A stretch of 64,000 nucleotides of DNA from Hemiscyllium ocellatum. Its lineage: Eukaryota. The notes beneath the pieces are model-generated. The model saw only the letters and a program-made list of their open reading frames with translations, was not told the DNA's origin and did no database searches. This document shows, piece after piece, positions 50,506-62,776 of this stretch. The stretch is from positions 1-64,000 of the forward strand of contig NW_026867467.1 of NCBI RefSeq assembly GCF_020745735.1, given 5' to 3'. The position numbers and the translations under genes were made by a program. The stretch's first letter is position 1. The number at the start of each line of letters is the position of its first letter.

Positions 50506-51174
50506 CTGAAAATGTGTTGCTGGTTAAAGCACAGCAGGTTAGGCAGCATCCAAGGAATAGTAAATTCGACGTTTCGGGCATAAGCCTTTCATCAGGAATT
50601 GTAGATGAAGAACAGCAGAGGTCCTTTGCAGGTCTGTGAGAGTGTTGTCCTGAGCTGGGGTAGGGCTGATTGCAGGGAATGTAGGTAGCGACGAATGGCT
50701 GCAAGGGTGGAGCGGAGGATCCGGAGGGAGGTCTGATGCTGGAGGCTTCGAATTTGTTGTAGGTACAGGTTGTCCTGGTTGGGTCCAAATTTTGTTGGTT
50801 GGAATGTAGTTCGGAGTCTGTGTGGGATCAGTCGGTTCCGTAGGCAGGTGCTGAGGAAGGAGATGTGGCTGTGGTAGGGAGTCTGTTTGAGAACGTGGCT
50901 GAAGAGCTTCTGTGCAGAGGAGATGACCTGGGGGGTGCAGTGAGAGAGAGACTCACTGAAATCCTTGTAGAGGGAGGAAGAGAGCTTCTTCAAGGAAGGC
51001 ATCCTTGCAAGAGGATTTGCAGCAGGTTAAAATCTTCGGGTAAAAAATGAGGTCTGCAGATGTTGGAGATCACAGCTGAAAATGTGTTGCTGGTTAAAGC
51101 ACAGCAGGTTAGGCAGCATCCAAGGAACAGGAAATTCGATGTTTCGGGCATAAGCCCTTCATCAGGAATCAAAC
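50506..51174 (-). mobile_element. 669-bp Penelope-derived unit: hammerhead-repeat, ORF N-terminus, hammerhead-repeat; 16-bp TSD
   Basis: TSD TGGAAATGTATCTCAG at 50490-50505 and 51175-51190. Hammerheads at 51170 to 51133 and ~50600 to 50563. ORF 51002 to 50592 begins MPSLKKL. Confidence 0.9.
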
Positions 51175-51190
51175 TGGAAATGTATCTCAG

Positions 51191-52190
51191 TTTACCGAAT
51201 GAGGTGATGGAGGAAGTAACAGGTACACTTGCAAACATTTTCAAATCCCCTCTGGCCACAGGAGAGGTGACATCGGACTGGCCACATGGTACTGTTACTC
51301 AAGAAGGAGCATGGGATATACCAGGCAGCTACAGGCCAGTCAGGCTAATATCGTGGGTGGGACGTCTGTTGGAAGCAATTTTGGGAGATAGAATTAATCA
51401 GCATTTAAAGAGACTGGAGTTCATGAAGAACAGTCAGAATGGTTCTGTTAAGGGGAGGTCAGGTCTGACCAATGGGATTGCACTTTTTAAGGAGGTGACC
51501 AGGTGTGTAAATAAGGGTAATGTTTTCCTGTCGTACGCTTGGAGGTGAGTAAGGCTTTTATCAGGCCCCATACTGGAAACTGATAGTGAACATAAAAACT
51601 CAACACCCAAGGAATTTGGCACAGAATGCTGAGTGACAGGAAGCAGACAGTGATGGCCCAGTTAGAAATCCCTGTCCATTCCTGTCTCACAGAAGTTACT
51701 GTTGGGTGTCCTGCTGATGTGGCTGATAGAAAAGATTTAGATTTGAATGGTGGATGGTTAATCAGTGGGTTCATGAATGATACGAAGATTGGTGGGGTGA
51801 TAAATACTGAGGAGGATAGCCTTAGGTTACAGAAGGATGGAGATGGCCTTGTCAGATGGACCGATCCGTGGTAACGGGTGAGGTGCCCGAAGACTGGAGG
51901 GTGATTAATGATGGGCCATTATTGAAGTAAGGCTGCAAGGAACAGCCATTGAACTATGGAGCTGTGAGCCTGATGGCAGTGGTGGGTAAGCTGTTGGAGG
52001 GCATTCTGAGAGACAATTTACATGCATTTGGAAAAGCAAGAATTGATTAGGCATGGTCAGCATGGCTTGTAGAAATGGCTTGTCCAATTTGATTGAGTTT
52101 TTGAAGGGTTGACTGAGAAGATAGATGAGAAGGTTTCACATGGAAGACTGCTTAGTAAAAGGTTAGATGGCATGACATGCAGGGAGAGAG
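51191..52190 (+). mobile_element. Decayed CR1-type RT fragments
   Basis: PGSYRPVRLISWVGRLLEAIL...GSVKGRSGLTN and GFMNDTKIGG. Confidence 0.8.
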
Positions 52191-52192
52191 GA

Positions 52193-52485
52193 CAGCACGG
52201 TGCCTCAATGGTTAGCACTGCTTCCTCACAGCACCAAGGATGCAACTTTGATTCTAGCTCCCGGTCACTGTCTGTGTGAAGTTTGCACATTCTCCCTGTA
52301 TCTGTGGGTTTCCTCCGGGTGCTCCAGTTTCTACTGACAATCCAAAGATGTGCAGTTTAGGTGGGGTGGCCATGGGAAATGCAGAATTACCGGGATAGAA
52401 TAGAGAGTTTGAGTGTAGGTGAGATGCTTTTCAGACAGTCGCTGAAGACCTGATGGGTCGAATGGCTTGGTTTTACACTGTAGGA
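52193..52485 (+). mobile_element. tRNA-derived SINE (V-SINE/HE1-like)
   Basis: GCACGGTGCCTCAATGGTTAGCACTGCT head and the GAAGTTTGCACATTCTCCC core. Confidence 0.85.
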
Positions 52486-52489
52486 ATTC

Positions 52490-53720
52490 TGCGATTAATC
52501 CAGAGACCCAATAATGTTCTGAGGACCAGGGCTCCAACCTTGGACTGCGGTGGATGTGGGTCCTTACAGTCTGAAGGGGTTTGTGGATGAACGCAGTCTG
52601 AGAGTTGGCCTGGGCTGTGTTCTGAGGTGTTGAGGGTGTGAATGTTTTGTGGAGGTACTGTCAGAGGGGCATTGTGGGTAAACACAATGGAGTGGTGCTT
52701 TCTGAGGGATGAGGGAGCACTATCTGGTGGTACAAGGTGCAGAAGGTAGGAAGGTACAGACACACTTCCCTAATCATTCCCTCAGGGTCTGCAAGGCCGG
52801 CTGGTGTCGTAATTTGGGACGGAGGCCACGTCCATTTTAGAAGATTCAGATCTTTTTAAACAATCAGTGAAAAGTAACGTCACCATCTGTCTTAAACATG
52901 GATTGGAGGAAAACTGTTGTCAACCTAAGGTCACTTGTTGCTTGGAGACGCTTTAGAAAAGCAGGCACCCAAACAGACCAACGCTGTCGATGCAAGAAGT
53001 GGTGCACAGGAAGATTCAACAAGTCATTTGTAGTTGCAGTCTGTCTCCCTAGAGCAGTCATCATGCAAGGTCAGGGTTCAGTCCGAGGAGAAGTAACTCT
53101 CCATCGAACCTTCCTTCATGTTTGTACAGTAATCGTGGTTGTGTGAGTGTGTGTGTGTATCTCTGTGTGAGAGAGAGAGAGAGAGAGACAGAGGGCGAGT
53201 GTCTGTCCGTGTGTGTGAGAGAGAGTGCGTGTGTGTATCTCTGTGTGTCTACGTGTGTGAGAGAGGGATTATGTGTTTGTGTATGTGTCTGTCTGAGTGT
53301 GTGTTTGTGTGCGTGTGTGTGTGTGAGAGAGAGAGGAATGTGTGTGTGTTTGAGAGAGTGAGAGTGTGTGTTTGAAAGAGAGAGTGTGTGTTTGTGTGTT
53401 TGTGTGTGAGAGAGAGAGGAATGTGTGTGTGCAAGAGAGAGAGTGTGTGTATGTGTTTGAGGAAGTGAGTGCGTGTGTATCTGTTTGAGGGAGTGAGAGT
53501 GAGTGTTTGAGAGAGTGAATGTCTGTGAGAGAGAGTGAGTGTGACTGTGTTTGAGGGAATGAGAGTGTGCGTGTGTTTGAGAGAGTGAGAGAGTTGTGTG
53601 TGTGTAAACTAGCCAGTCTTATTGTGTGCCCAGCTGCTGTTTCAGGTGAATTGTTCCTTGTGTCTCCATAGACACAAAAGCTGCAAGATTTGATGAACTG
53701 GGGGAAAGAGAGTGTTGTTC
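52490..53720 (-). repeat. Second copy of the 29660-30360 segment, with the microsatellite expanded to ~460 bp of TG/AG (53140-53605)
   Basis: Shared blocks such as TTAAACATGGATTGGAGGAAAACTGTT and TTTAGAAAAGCAGGCACCCAAACAGACCAA. Homology resumes beyond the microsatellite (GCTGCTGTTTCAG...AAAAGCTGCAA). Confidence 0.85.
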
Positions 53721-53844
53721 ATTCCAGTGGGAATTCATCCAGTAAACCTTCTCTGAACCATTCCTCACACACGAAGGTCCCTCTGGCAGTGCAGTGACTA
53801 GTCCTGCACACAGGGCTCCAGGTACAAACCAATGTAATGTCACC

Positions 53845-54030
53845 ATAGTCTTACCAGAGCATGGGACAGCTCCTCATCACAGAGCAGTGTCTGGTGGGGA
53901 TTTAATCAGAGGGTCACCATGGGCCAGCTGAGGGGAGAGGTTGGGAAGGAGAGCCCTTCAGGGACTGAAACCACGCTATTGGTTTTACTCTGCATTGTAA
54001 ACCAACTGTCCAGCCAACTGTGCTAACTGA
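53845..54030 (-). mobile_element. tRNA-headed SINE, third family (relative at ~31640-32075, + strand)
   Basis: Minus strand GTTAGCACAGTTGGCTGGACAGTTGGTTT head and TCTGGTAAGACTATGGTGAC tail. Confidence 0.6.
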
Positions 54031-54949
54031 CTTCATTCCGGGGCATGCCCTGTATAACCCAATCATAGCCAGCCTGCACCTCAATAGGAGCCACAAGCAA
54101 GGCCATTCGGCCCCCACCCTAACCCAGAATGGAGAGTACGGGAAGCTGATGAAGGAAACAAGTCCCTCCCATGTGGCCTTCTGAAATGGAGCTGGAGGAC
54201 AGAGCAGACCTGGCCTGCTGTTTGCTTCCCTGAGACTGGCCTGCGCCACCTTGCAGTGAGAGACTGAGGGGAACCTCGAGGAGATTTCACTTCTCACTGA
54301 GAGGCTGCAACTCCAATCCAAATCAGGCTGGTTCCCTCCGAGACTCACGGAAGAGTGCAGCACTCTACAGATCAGGCCCTTGTGGAGTCATAACCTCCAG
54401 TGTGTGGGCCCAGAGCTGGGAGATAGCATTAAGAACATAAGACCATCCGAAATAGGAACAGGAGGAGACCATTCAGTTCCTCGAACCTGCTCTGCTGTTC
54501 AACAGGATCATGGATGATTCAACATTTGATTTCGGAGCTGGAACCAGGACAATACAGAGACAGAGAATGAAATTATTCTGCCATGAAGACTCATCAGAGA
54601 GAGAGAGCGAACACACACACACACACACAATTACACAAGAATTGTGGGATTCAGGCTGTCTGTGGGAATTTTGCCACAAGAAGCGAGCTCTGGACTGGGA
54701 AGAGACAAAGGAGCAAAATGCTAGAGAGGGGTCTGATCCCACAGATTTCACTGCTTCCGTCTCTCACTGCAGCTCTCATGTCTATTTCTGTATTCCCAGT
54801 TCTCCCTCCCATGTCTTTCCTTCAATCCCTATCTCTCAACATCCTTCACATCTCTGCCCTGTTAACATTTCCCAGTAGATTCCCTTCCCCCTTTGTCACC
54901 TAACCAGATTTTCCAGGAATGTTTAATCATTTAGTCTTTCACAAAACCA

Positions 54950-55700
54950 ACACCTTGCTCATCTCTCTCTGCATCTATCTCTCAGCTCTGTGGGATCTTG
55001 CTTTTCTTGCCTGTACATCATTCTCACTGCATCGCAGCAGCCCCCCCACCCCCCTCCCCCACCATCACCCAACTCTCTCAGCTCTATCTCTCTGCTGTTG
55101 CAACTCCTCTCTCTCTCTCTCTATCCTATGTCTCTCCCTGGGGTTTCTGTCTTGCTGTCTGTCTGACCTTCTCTTCCTGCCTTTCTCTCTCATTTTCGTG
55201 ATGTATCTGTCTGACATTGTATTTCTCTTCCTGAAGTTCCACTCTCTTCTCTGTCTGTCTCTCTCCTGCTCTCTCTCGTTCTTCTCACTTTCTCTCCCTC
55301 TTTCTGCCTGCATGTCTTTCACTTGTTCTCTCCCTCCCTCTCACTGTCTGTCTGTCCATCTCTCTTTCAGTCCTGTCGTTTCTCTCCCTCTTTCTCCCTG
55401 GACCCTCTGCTCTGTCCCAGTGACTGGGGAAGGGGCAATGGGAAGAGTTTGCCTCAGTGCCTGGTCTCTCCCAGGATTTACCCCGACTGTGGGGAGGGGG
55501 TGAGTGGAAGGAACATGGAGTACTTTTCTGAGTGAGTCTGAAATAGAGAAAAAGAGAAAGGGAGAGTGACAAAAAGAGAGAGAGAGATGGAGAAAGTGGA
55601 GATGGAGAAAGTGGGGAGAGAGAGAGATGGGCAGTGAGAGTCAGGGAGACGGAGAGAGTGAGAGAAGGACAGAGTGAGAGAGAGAGAGAGAGAAGGACAT
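54950..55700. repeat. Adjacent CT-rich (54950-55420) and AG-rich (55540-55700) low-complexity tracts
   Basis: Seen directly in the sequence. Confidence 0.9.
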
Positions 55701-55744
55701 ATATGGAGGGAGAAGGACAGTGTGTACGACTGGCGATGGTTTCA

Positions 55745-56255
55745 GAGTGGGATCTTACAGTGTGGAAACAGGCCCTTTGGCCCATCAAGTCCACACCGAC
55801 CCGCTGCAGCACAACCCACCCATACCCTTATATTTGCACCTTACCTAACAGTACGGGCAATTTAGCATGGCCAATTCACCTGACCCGCACATCTTTGGAC
55901 TATGGGAGGAAACCCACGCAGACATGGGGAGAACACAGTCAGTTGCCTGAGGCAGGAATTGAACCCAGGTATCTGACACTGTGAGGCAGCAGTGCTAACC
56001 ACTGTGCCACCCTGCCATCCATGTGGAGTTTGCACATTCTCCCTGTTTCTGCATGGGTTTGTACTCAGTGCTCCAGTCCAAAGATGTGCAGCTGAGATGA
56101 TTGTCCATGGTACATTTGCCCCAGAGTGACAAGGATTGTGCAAGTTATTTGGATTAGCCCTGGGAAATGCAGGGATAGGGTGGGGGTGCTGGGCCTGAGG
56201 TCAGTGCAGACTTGAGGGGCAACATGGCATCTTGCACACTGTAAGGATTCTATTC
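55745..56255. mobile_element. Two V-SINE/HE1-like SINEs head to head (55745-56012 on -, 56021-56255 on +, the latter 5'-truncated)
   Basis: Head GGCAGGGTGGCACAGTGGTTAGCACTGCTGCCTCAC on the minus strand; the plus copy starts at GTGGAGTTTGCACATTCTCCC. Confidence 0.85.
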
Positions 56256-57389
56256 TGTAATTTTATGCCTCACAGCACTCTGAGAAAAGGAGAAAAATCT
56301 CTTCATCTCTGGAACCAATCAAAGTTGCCTTATTTCAGAGTTTAAAAAGTGCCCTCTAGCTCTAGGCTCAATTTTAGTGTTTCTTGCAAAGAATCACCCA
56401 TGAAGGAAACATTGCTGCAGCTGTTCCCAGTTTTACTGAGATCACAGCTGGAGGACTGTATGAGGCTTTATTTTATCTCCTTCCCTCAGAAAGAATTGAA
56501 TTATATGAGAAGGTGTATGGACACAGCTCACTCAGTTGATTTCTGGGATGACGAGTTTGGATGTATGACTGTTGCACTTCGGATGTATAACCTTTGAAGT
56601 TCACCAGAAATAGACATGATCATATTGAGGCATAACTGGCCCTGAGAGGAGTGACAGGGTGGATGCTGAGAGGATGGCTCCCCACGTGCGGGTGTGTAGA
56701 ACTGTAGCATTTTTGAAAATGTGGCCTCTTCCATTCCAGACTGAGATGAGGATGTATCTGATAATGTGTTGCCCAGAGAGCAGGGAAGGCTGAATTTGAT
56801 AGATATTTGATCAACTAGACAGCCAGTGCTTATGTGGGTCATGTTTGAGGGGTTGAATGGTCTACTTCTGCTTTTATTTGTTGTGCATCATGTCACAAAT
56901 AGGAGGTGATTTGGTGCAAGGACAATCACTTTAAATGTAAGGGTGCTTCCATTTTAGACTGAGATGAGAATGCTCCTTTGTCCTGAGGGATGTGCTAACT
57001 GTGGCATTCTCATCTGCAGGGAGAAGTGAAGATATTCAAGGCTTATTCAGTAGCTCCTTGATGGTCAAGGAAGCCCATGTTTATTGGGAACAGAGATGGA
57101 CATGGAGTTCAGCCACAGTCAGATCAGCTCTGATCTGTCTGAATGGTGTAGCAGGGACCGAATGGCCAACTGGTGCTCCTACATCCCATGTAATGTCACA
57201 CAACACGTCTCTCACTGAATTCCTCAAGGCTGTTACTGAAGCACAGGACTACACCATTCAGCCCTCTAAAGAGTTGCACAGGAACTTGCATTCAGCACTT
57301 AGAGCGTACTGCACAGTGTACCAAGGAGGTGATGCAACTCTTTTAAACAGCTATAGAGGAAACAGAGAAGAAAGAATAAAGAACAGTAC

Positions 57390-58000
57390 AGCACAGTAAC
57401 AGGCCCTTTGGCCCACCAAGACTGTGCTCACACTTGATGCCTTTCCAAATGAAACACCTTTTATCTTTTCATGGTCCATATCCCTTGATTCCCTACTTAT
57501 TCAAGAAATTGCTATGTATCCACGTCCACCATTACGTTTCGGAAGTGCATTCCAGGCACTTATCACCATCTGTGTAAAAAAGCTGTCTCACATCTCCTTT
57601 AAACTTTCCCTTCTTACCTTAAAACTACGGCCCCTTGTAATTGAGATGAGTATCCTGGGAAAAAGGCTCAGACTATCCATTTTGTCCATGCCTCTTATAA
57701 TTTTTTCAACTTCTTTCAAGTCGCCCCTCATTCATCAACGTTCAAGTGAAAACACTATAAGTTTGTCCAATCTCTCCTCATTGCTAATACCTTCCAAACC
57801 AGGCAGCAACCTGGGAAACCAAAGTCTCCACATCTTTCTGGTAGTGTGGTGATCAGAAATATACACAAAATTCCACAAGTGGACTAACTGAAGTTCTAGA
57901 AATGACTTACCAATTTCTATCCTCCCCGCCCTGGCCAAAGAATGCAAGCATGCCATTTGCCTTCTTGACAATCTTAACCATTTACATTGCTACTTTCAGG
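57390..58000 (-). mobile_element. CR1-type LINE 3' fragment
   Basis: RLLPGLEGISNEERLDKL..FSLER plus the 3' tail. Confidence 0.8.
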
Positions 58001-58916
58001 GAACTGTCGAACTGTTGCCTGGATCTCTCTGTTTGTAGATGCAACTAAGATTGAGCTGTGTAGGATTATCAGGAGCATGGACAGGATGGGTAGAAAAGTA
58101 GGAGGCTTAGAAGGTTTCTGAGAGAGAAAACAAAATCACCTCAAAGGTGGTAGGATTCTGGGATGCACTGACTGGGATGGTAGTTGAGAGTTGGGACCTC
58201 ACAACCTGCAAAAAGTAAACATCTGAAGTGTCATAAAAATGAAGGATACGTGCCTCATGTTGGAAAGTGAGACTTGTGTAGGTAGTTGAGTATTTGTGGC
58301 AGGATAGACTCGATAAGCCTCTTTGTATTGTTGATTCCATGATTCTAAGCCCTGAATTGAATGGTATGTTTGGTGATTCTATGGACAATGAAGAGGCAGA
58401 GAACTTGTAAGTGTCTGGAATCATAAGATCAGATTCAGAAAGGATGGGAGCTATCCTTCCATAAAAGGGCATGAACGACCCAGCATTTCTGCAACAATAA
58501 GTTGTTGTTATTACTGAGTGTAGATTCGAATTAATTGAATTCAAAAATCACCAGCTGTTCTGGAGGGGATTTGAACCCACAGTAATAGCCTGGAGCTCTG
58601 ATGGCAAATGCAGTGATATTATCTCAATCCCACTGGCTCCAAAAGTCAGCACTTCTGAGGGGGACACTTTATGTTTCTGGTCAAATTATTTGTGGCTGGA
58701 AGAGAATAGGAACAGTTGAATCTGGCTGTACCAAAAGGGCAGATGATGGTTTGTTCAGCAGCTAGACTGAGACAAAAGGAGAGACTTGAGATATTGTGGA
58801 GTTGGTAGTGAACAGGATTGGTGCTGGAGAGAATATGGAAATAGATATCAGCTTAGAGCAAAAGTGCTTGTTGGTGTTGTGAACAGTTTGATTCCGCTTC
58901 AGCATTAAAATTGTTT

Positions 58917-59000
58917 ACTGAAAAATGTGTTGCTGGAAAAGCGCAGCAGGTCAGGCAGCATCAAAGGAGCAGGAAAATCGACGTTTTGGGCATAAGCCCT
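58917..59000 (-). mobile_element. Penelope terminal-repeat fragment
   Basis: Same family; truncated at AAGGGCTTATGCCCAAAACGTCG. Confidence 0.8.
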
Positions 59001-60459
59001 TGTTTGGTAAGGAATGCAGTTTGTGGACAGAAATCATGGCAATGGCTTCCTTTTTTTCAGAATTTAATTAATGAGGACAGTAATTTAGTTCAACAAGGTT
59101 TATTGAATACATAGTCAGATAGAAAGACTTACCAGGAATAATAGTTAGTATAAGATAGAAACCAGCTTGAATCAGCCAAATTACACTCAAGATCCACCCA
59201 ATCTTGAGAAAGATTGTAAAGACCCAAATATAAACTCCTGGTCATTATTGGAACTTTCCAGTCTGTTGTTCTCATATCCTGGTCCATGATTGGAACATTC
59301 CAGTGCATTGTTCTCAGACTCTGATCTCTTCCCTCCCTCCCTCCCTCTTGAGCTGTTGTTCCTGGTAAGTGCTGAAAGTGAAGTTCCTCCTGATACTGTG
59401 TGAGAACATTGTCAGAGCCCTTTATTAATAGGAAGTAAACCTTTTAGTGAAACAATTTGATGCATGGAGACTGACATTAACTACAATCCCTGAACGAACA
59501 GGTTCAGTTAACCCCATTCAATCCAATTTGTTTTTTTGCCATGTTAAATTATAGCATTTGTTCAATCTAGATGGGATGTCTGAGTGTTTCTAAGGGATGG
59601 ACACAGCAGCAAAGTGTTGTGGAATAGAATAGACATGGAAGGGTGATCAGAGGACTGAAGAGTTTTTAATTACATCTCTTTTCATAACCGAAGAGACAAA
59701 CCCTGAAATAAAGAACAGCCAATATAATATAATCGAAATATTAGGGATACTTCCATAGTCTACATTTGAGAAGAATAATTTGTTCCTCAAAATCATTGGA
59801 TTTACAAGAAGCAACTAGAATAGAGATGCAAATGGAAAACACGTATCTGGACAAGAAAGTTCAAATTATTAAGCTAGTATCAGGGCAGGTCAATGAACAT
59901 AGTGTTGTAGATTTTCTCAACAGGACCAAAATACAATCAAGGGTCATTTAATAGACAGTATCTGAAAGCTGAGTTGGAAGGAGGGGAGAGTAAATATCCC
60001 ACAATGGCTGACAAAGATAATTCCACGTGATATCCGATTTAAAGAAAAACCATGTTAAAATTATAACCTCACTCACTGAACTGCTCCACTTCCCCAAATG
60101 TCTATCCGCTTTAAGATGGTCCTCCAAATCTACTTGTTTAACATTCTTAACCTGACAATTCCTTCCAAGTCTGAGTATCAACTATGTTTTATTTGCTATC
60201 ATAAGATTGTTGGTGTAGCCACTGCGATCCTGTGGCAGTGAGAGATTGTGGTGTTGTGGATGAGATTAGTTACTCCAGACAATAGTGCTGTGTCAGGATA
60301 GTTTGTTTCAGCAGCATGATGTCAAATGGTCAGGGTGTCTGCGACTTATTCTTAATGTTTATGTTAGTGCAATAATGAGGCATAAATACAGAGCTAGCTA
60401 AAGTGAATTCACAGATGTATTAGCGTACACTTAGAGATTATTTCAGAATACAGAATATA

Positions 60460-61260
60460 GATAAGACACATGGAAAGTTAATGAGCTATACAGCATGAAA
60501 CAGACCCATCAGTCCAACTCCTCCATGCTAACAAGGTATCCTAAACTGATATAGTCCCATTTGCTGGCATGAAGCTAATTTCTCTCTAAACTCTTCTTAT
60601 TCATGTACTGATCCAGATGCCTGTTAAATGTTGTAACTGTCCCAGTCTCTCCCACCTCCCCAGCCAATTCATTCCATACACGCACCACCATCTGCATGAA
60701 AAAATGTTGCCCGTCAGGTTTTTTTTCAACTTTTCCTCTCTCAACTTAAACCTATTCCATCTATTTTTGGACTTCTCTCCCCTGGAGAAATGATCTTGGC
60801 TAGTCACACTACACATGTCCCTCATGATTTTATAAACCTCTATAAAGTCACCCTTCAGACTCCAATGCTCTGGGGATGAATCCCCAGATTATTCAGCCTC
60901 TCCTTATAACTCAAACCCTTCAATTTTAGAAACATTTTTGTAAATACTTTCTGAACCTTTTCAAATTTGACAATATAGTTCCTATTGCAGGAAGACCAGG
61001 ATTGAACACAGTATTACAAAAGTGGCCAAACAAATGTCCTGTACAGCTGCAATATGATGTCCTAATTTCTATATTCAATGCATTGATCAATAAATGCAAA
61101 CATGCCAAAAGCCTTCTTCACCAGCCTGTCTACCTGCAACTCCACATACAAGGAGCTATGCCCCGTACCCCTCGGACACTTTGTTTGGCAATACTTCCAA
61201 TGCCCTCCCATTAAGTATATAAGACCTACTCTGGTTTGCCTTACCAATGTGTAAGAAATA
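60460..61260 (-). mobile_element. CR1-type LINE 3' fragment
   Basis: VELQVDRLVKKAFGMFAFIDQCIEYRN plus the 3' tail. Confidence 0.85.
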
Positions 61261-61669
61261 TTTCAAGGAATAGACTCACCATTCACAAGTTAATTTGAAA
61301 TGTAAAGAAAAGAAAATGCAATTATGAATAGATAGACGTCAGATCAGAGATTGAACAGCATATCAAAAAATGAAGGAAGTACAATAAAAAAAATTAGAGT
61401 ATGAGAGAAAGTTCCACCAAACTGTAAAAGTTGTCATAAATAAATAATGGCAAAAGACAAGTGTTGGACTGAAGGATGAACAAATGCTCAAAGAAAAGAA
61501 GGAAGTAGGTGTAGCTCTTGTAACAAAAGAGTGGATTGCCATTAGCCCTAATCACATTGAATGGTAGAGCTGGCTCAAGGGGTTCAATGGCTTATTCCTG
61601 CTTTTATCATCTCTGTTTCTATGTAACAGCTATCTTACATCTTTACTGTCAATGAGAGGTGAGTGAGGA

Positions 61670-62165
61670 TCCCTGTGTTTGTGTGTGCGTGTGTGTGTGG
61701 GACAGAGCGAGGGAGAGAAAGAAAGGGAGAGATAGAGAGATAGACAGTGAGAGAGAGATAGACACAGAGAGAGTGCGAGAAAGGCTGTGAGTCTATGGGT
61801 GTAAGTGTGTGTGAGGGTGCAAGTGGCTGTTTGTGTGTTTCTCTCTGCAAGTAATAGAGAGAGAGGGCCACCTGACAGTGTGATTGAAGAGTGAGCTTGT
61901 GAGAGTGTATGAGTGTGAAAGTATTTGTATAAGTAAGGTGAGAGTGAGGGTTTTGAAGATGCTTGAGTTTGTCAGAGTGTGAGCATATGTGTAATCCTTG
62001 GAGACCAGTAAGTGATTGGGAGTGAGCATGTGTATGTGAGAGTATGAGGGTCTCTCGCATTGTCACACTGAAATACACACAGAATCAAAAACACAGTTCT
62101 GATCAACACACACATATGCATGTACACATGGGTAAACACATACACATATGTACATATTTGTATAA
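61670..62165. repeat. Degenerate TG/AG microsatellite region
   Basis: Seen directly in the sequence. Confidence 0.85.
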
Positions 62166-62642
62166 GGCATGCTGGCTTTCACAGAGAAAGAATTTGAATA
62201 TAGGAGTAGGGTAGTCTTGCTACAGTAACACAGGGCCTTGGTGAGGCCACACATTAAGTATTGTGTGTAGCTTTGTTCTCCTAGTCTGAGGAAGGACTGT
62301 CTTGATTTTGAAAGAGTCCAGTGAAGGTTCACCAGACTGATTGCCGGAATGGCAGAACTGACAGATAAAAAATGATTGGATTGACTAGGCTTGTACTCAC
62401 TGGAATGTAGAAGAATGAGGAGGAATCTCATTAAAAAAACCCCATAAAATCCTGATGGGACTGAATTGGCTAGGGCAGGAAGTATTTTCCCGATGTTGGG
62501 AAGTCCAGAACCATGGGTCACAGTCTAAGATACTCACCCCTGGTCAATCGATGTGACAGAGGATAAAGGTCGACTGAGCCAGGTTTAAATACCCGCAGGT
62601 CTGTCACCCAACGTCTATCTCCTCTAAATCCCAGTTGATCCA

Positions 62643-62776
62643 TGATTTGGAGATGCTGGTATTGGACTGGGGTGTACAAAGTTAAAAATCACACAACACC
62701 AGATGATAGTCCAACAGGTTTGATTGGAAGCACTAGCTCTTGGAGTGCTGCTCCTTCATCAGGATGTTGTGGAATA
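62643..62776 (-). mobile_element. Second-family hammerhead repeat, decayed core; 11-bp TSD
   Basis: TSD CAGTTGATCCA at 62632-62642 and 62777-62787. Minus strand CTGATGA A GGAGC AGC ACTCC AAGA GC TA GTG. Confidence 0.78.

Noticed and set aside
53619-53860. Leader-like ORF MVTLHWFVPGALCAG and a minus-strand GGTAAG donor
   Set aside because: The donor lies in a SINE tail and the ORF overlaps decayed CR1-like sequence.
54473-55984. Several 100-190 aa ORFs
   Set aside because: They are translations of CT/AG low-complexity tracts and SINEs.
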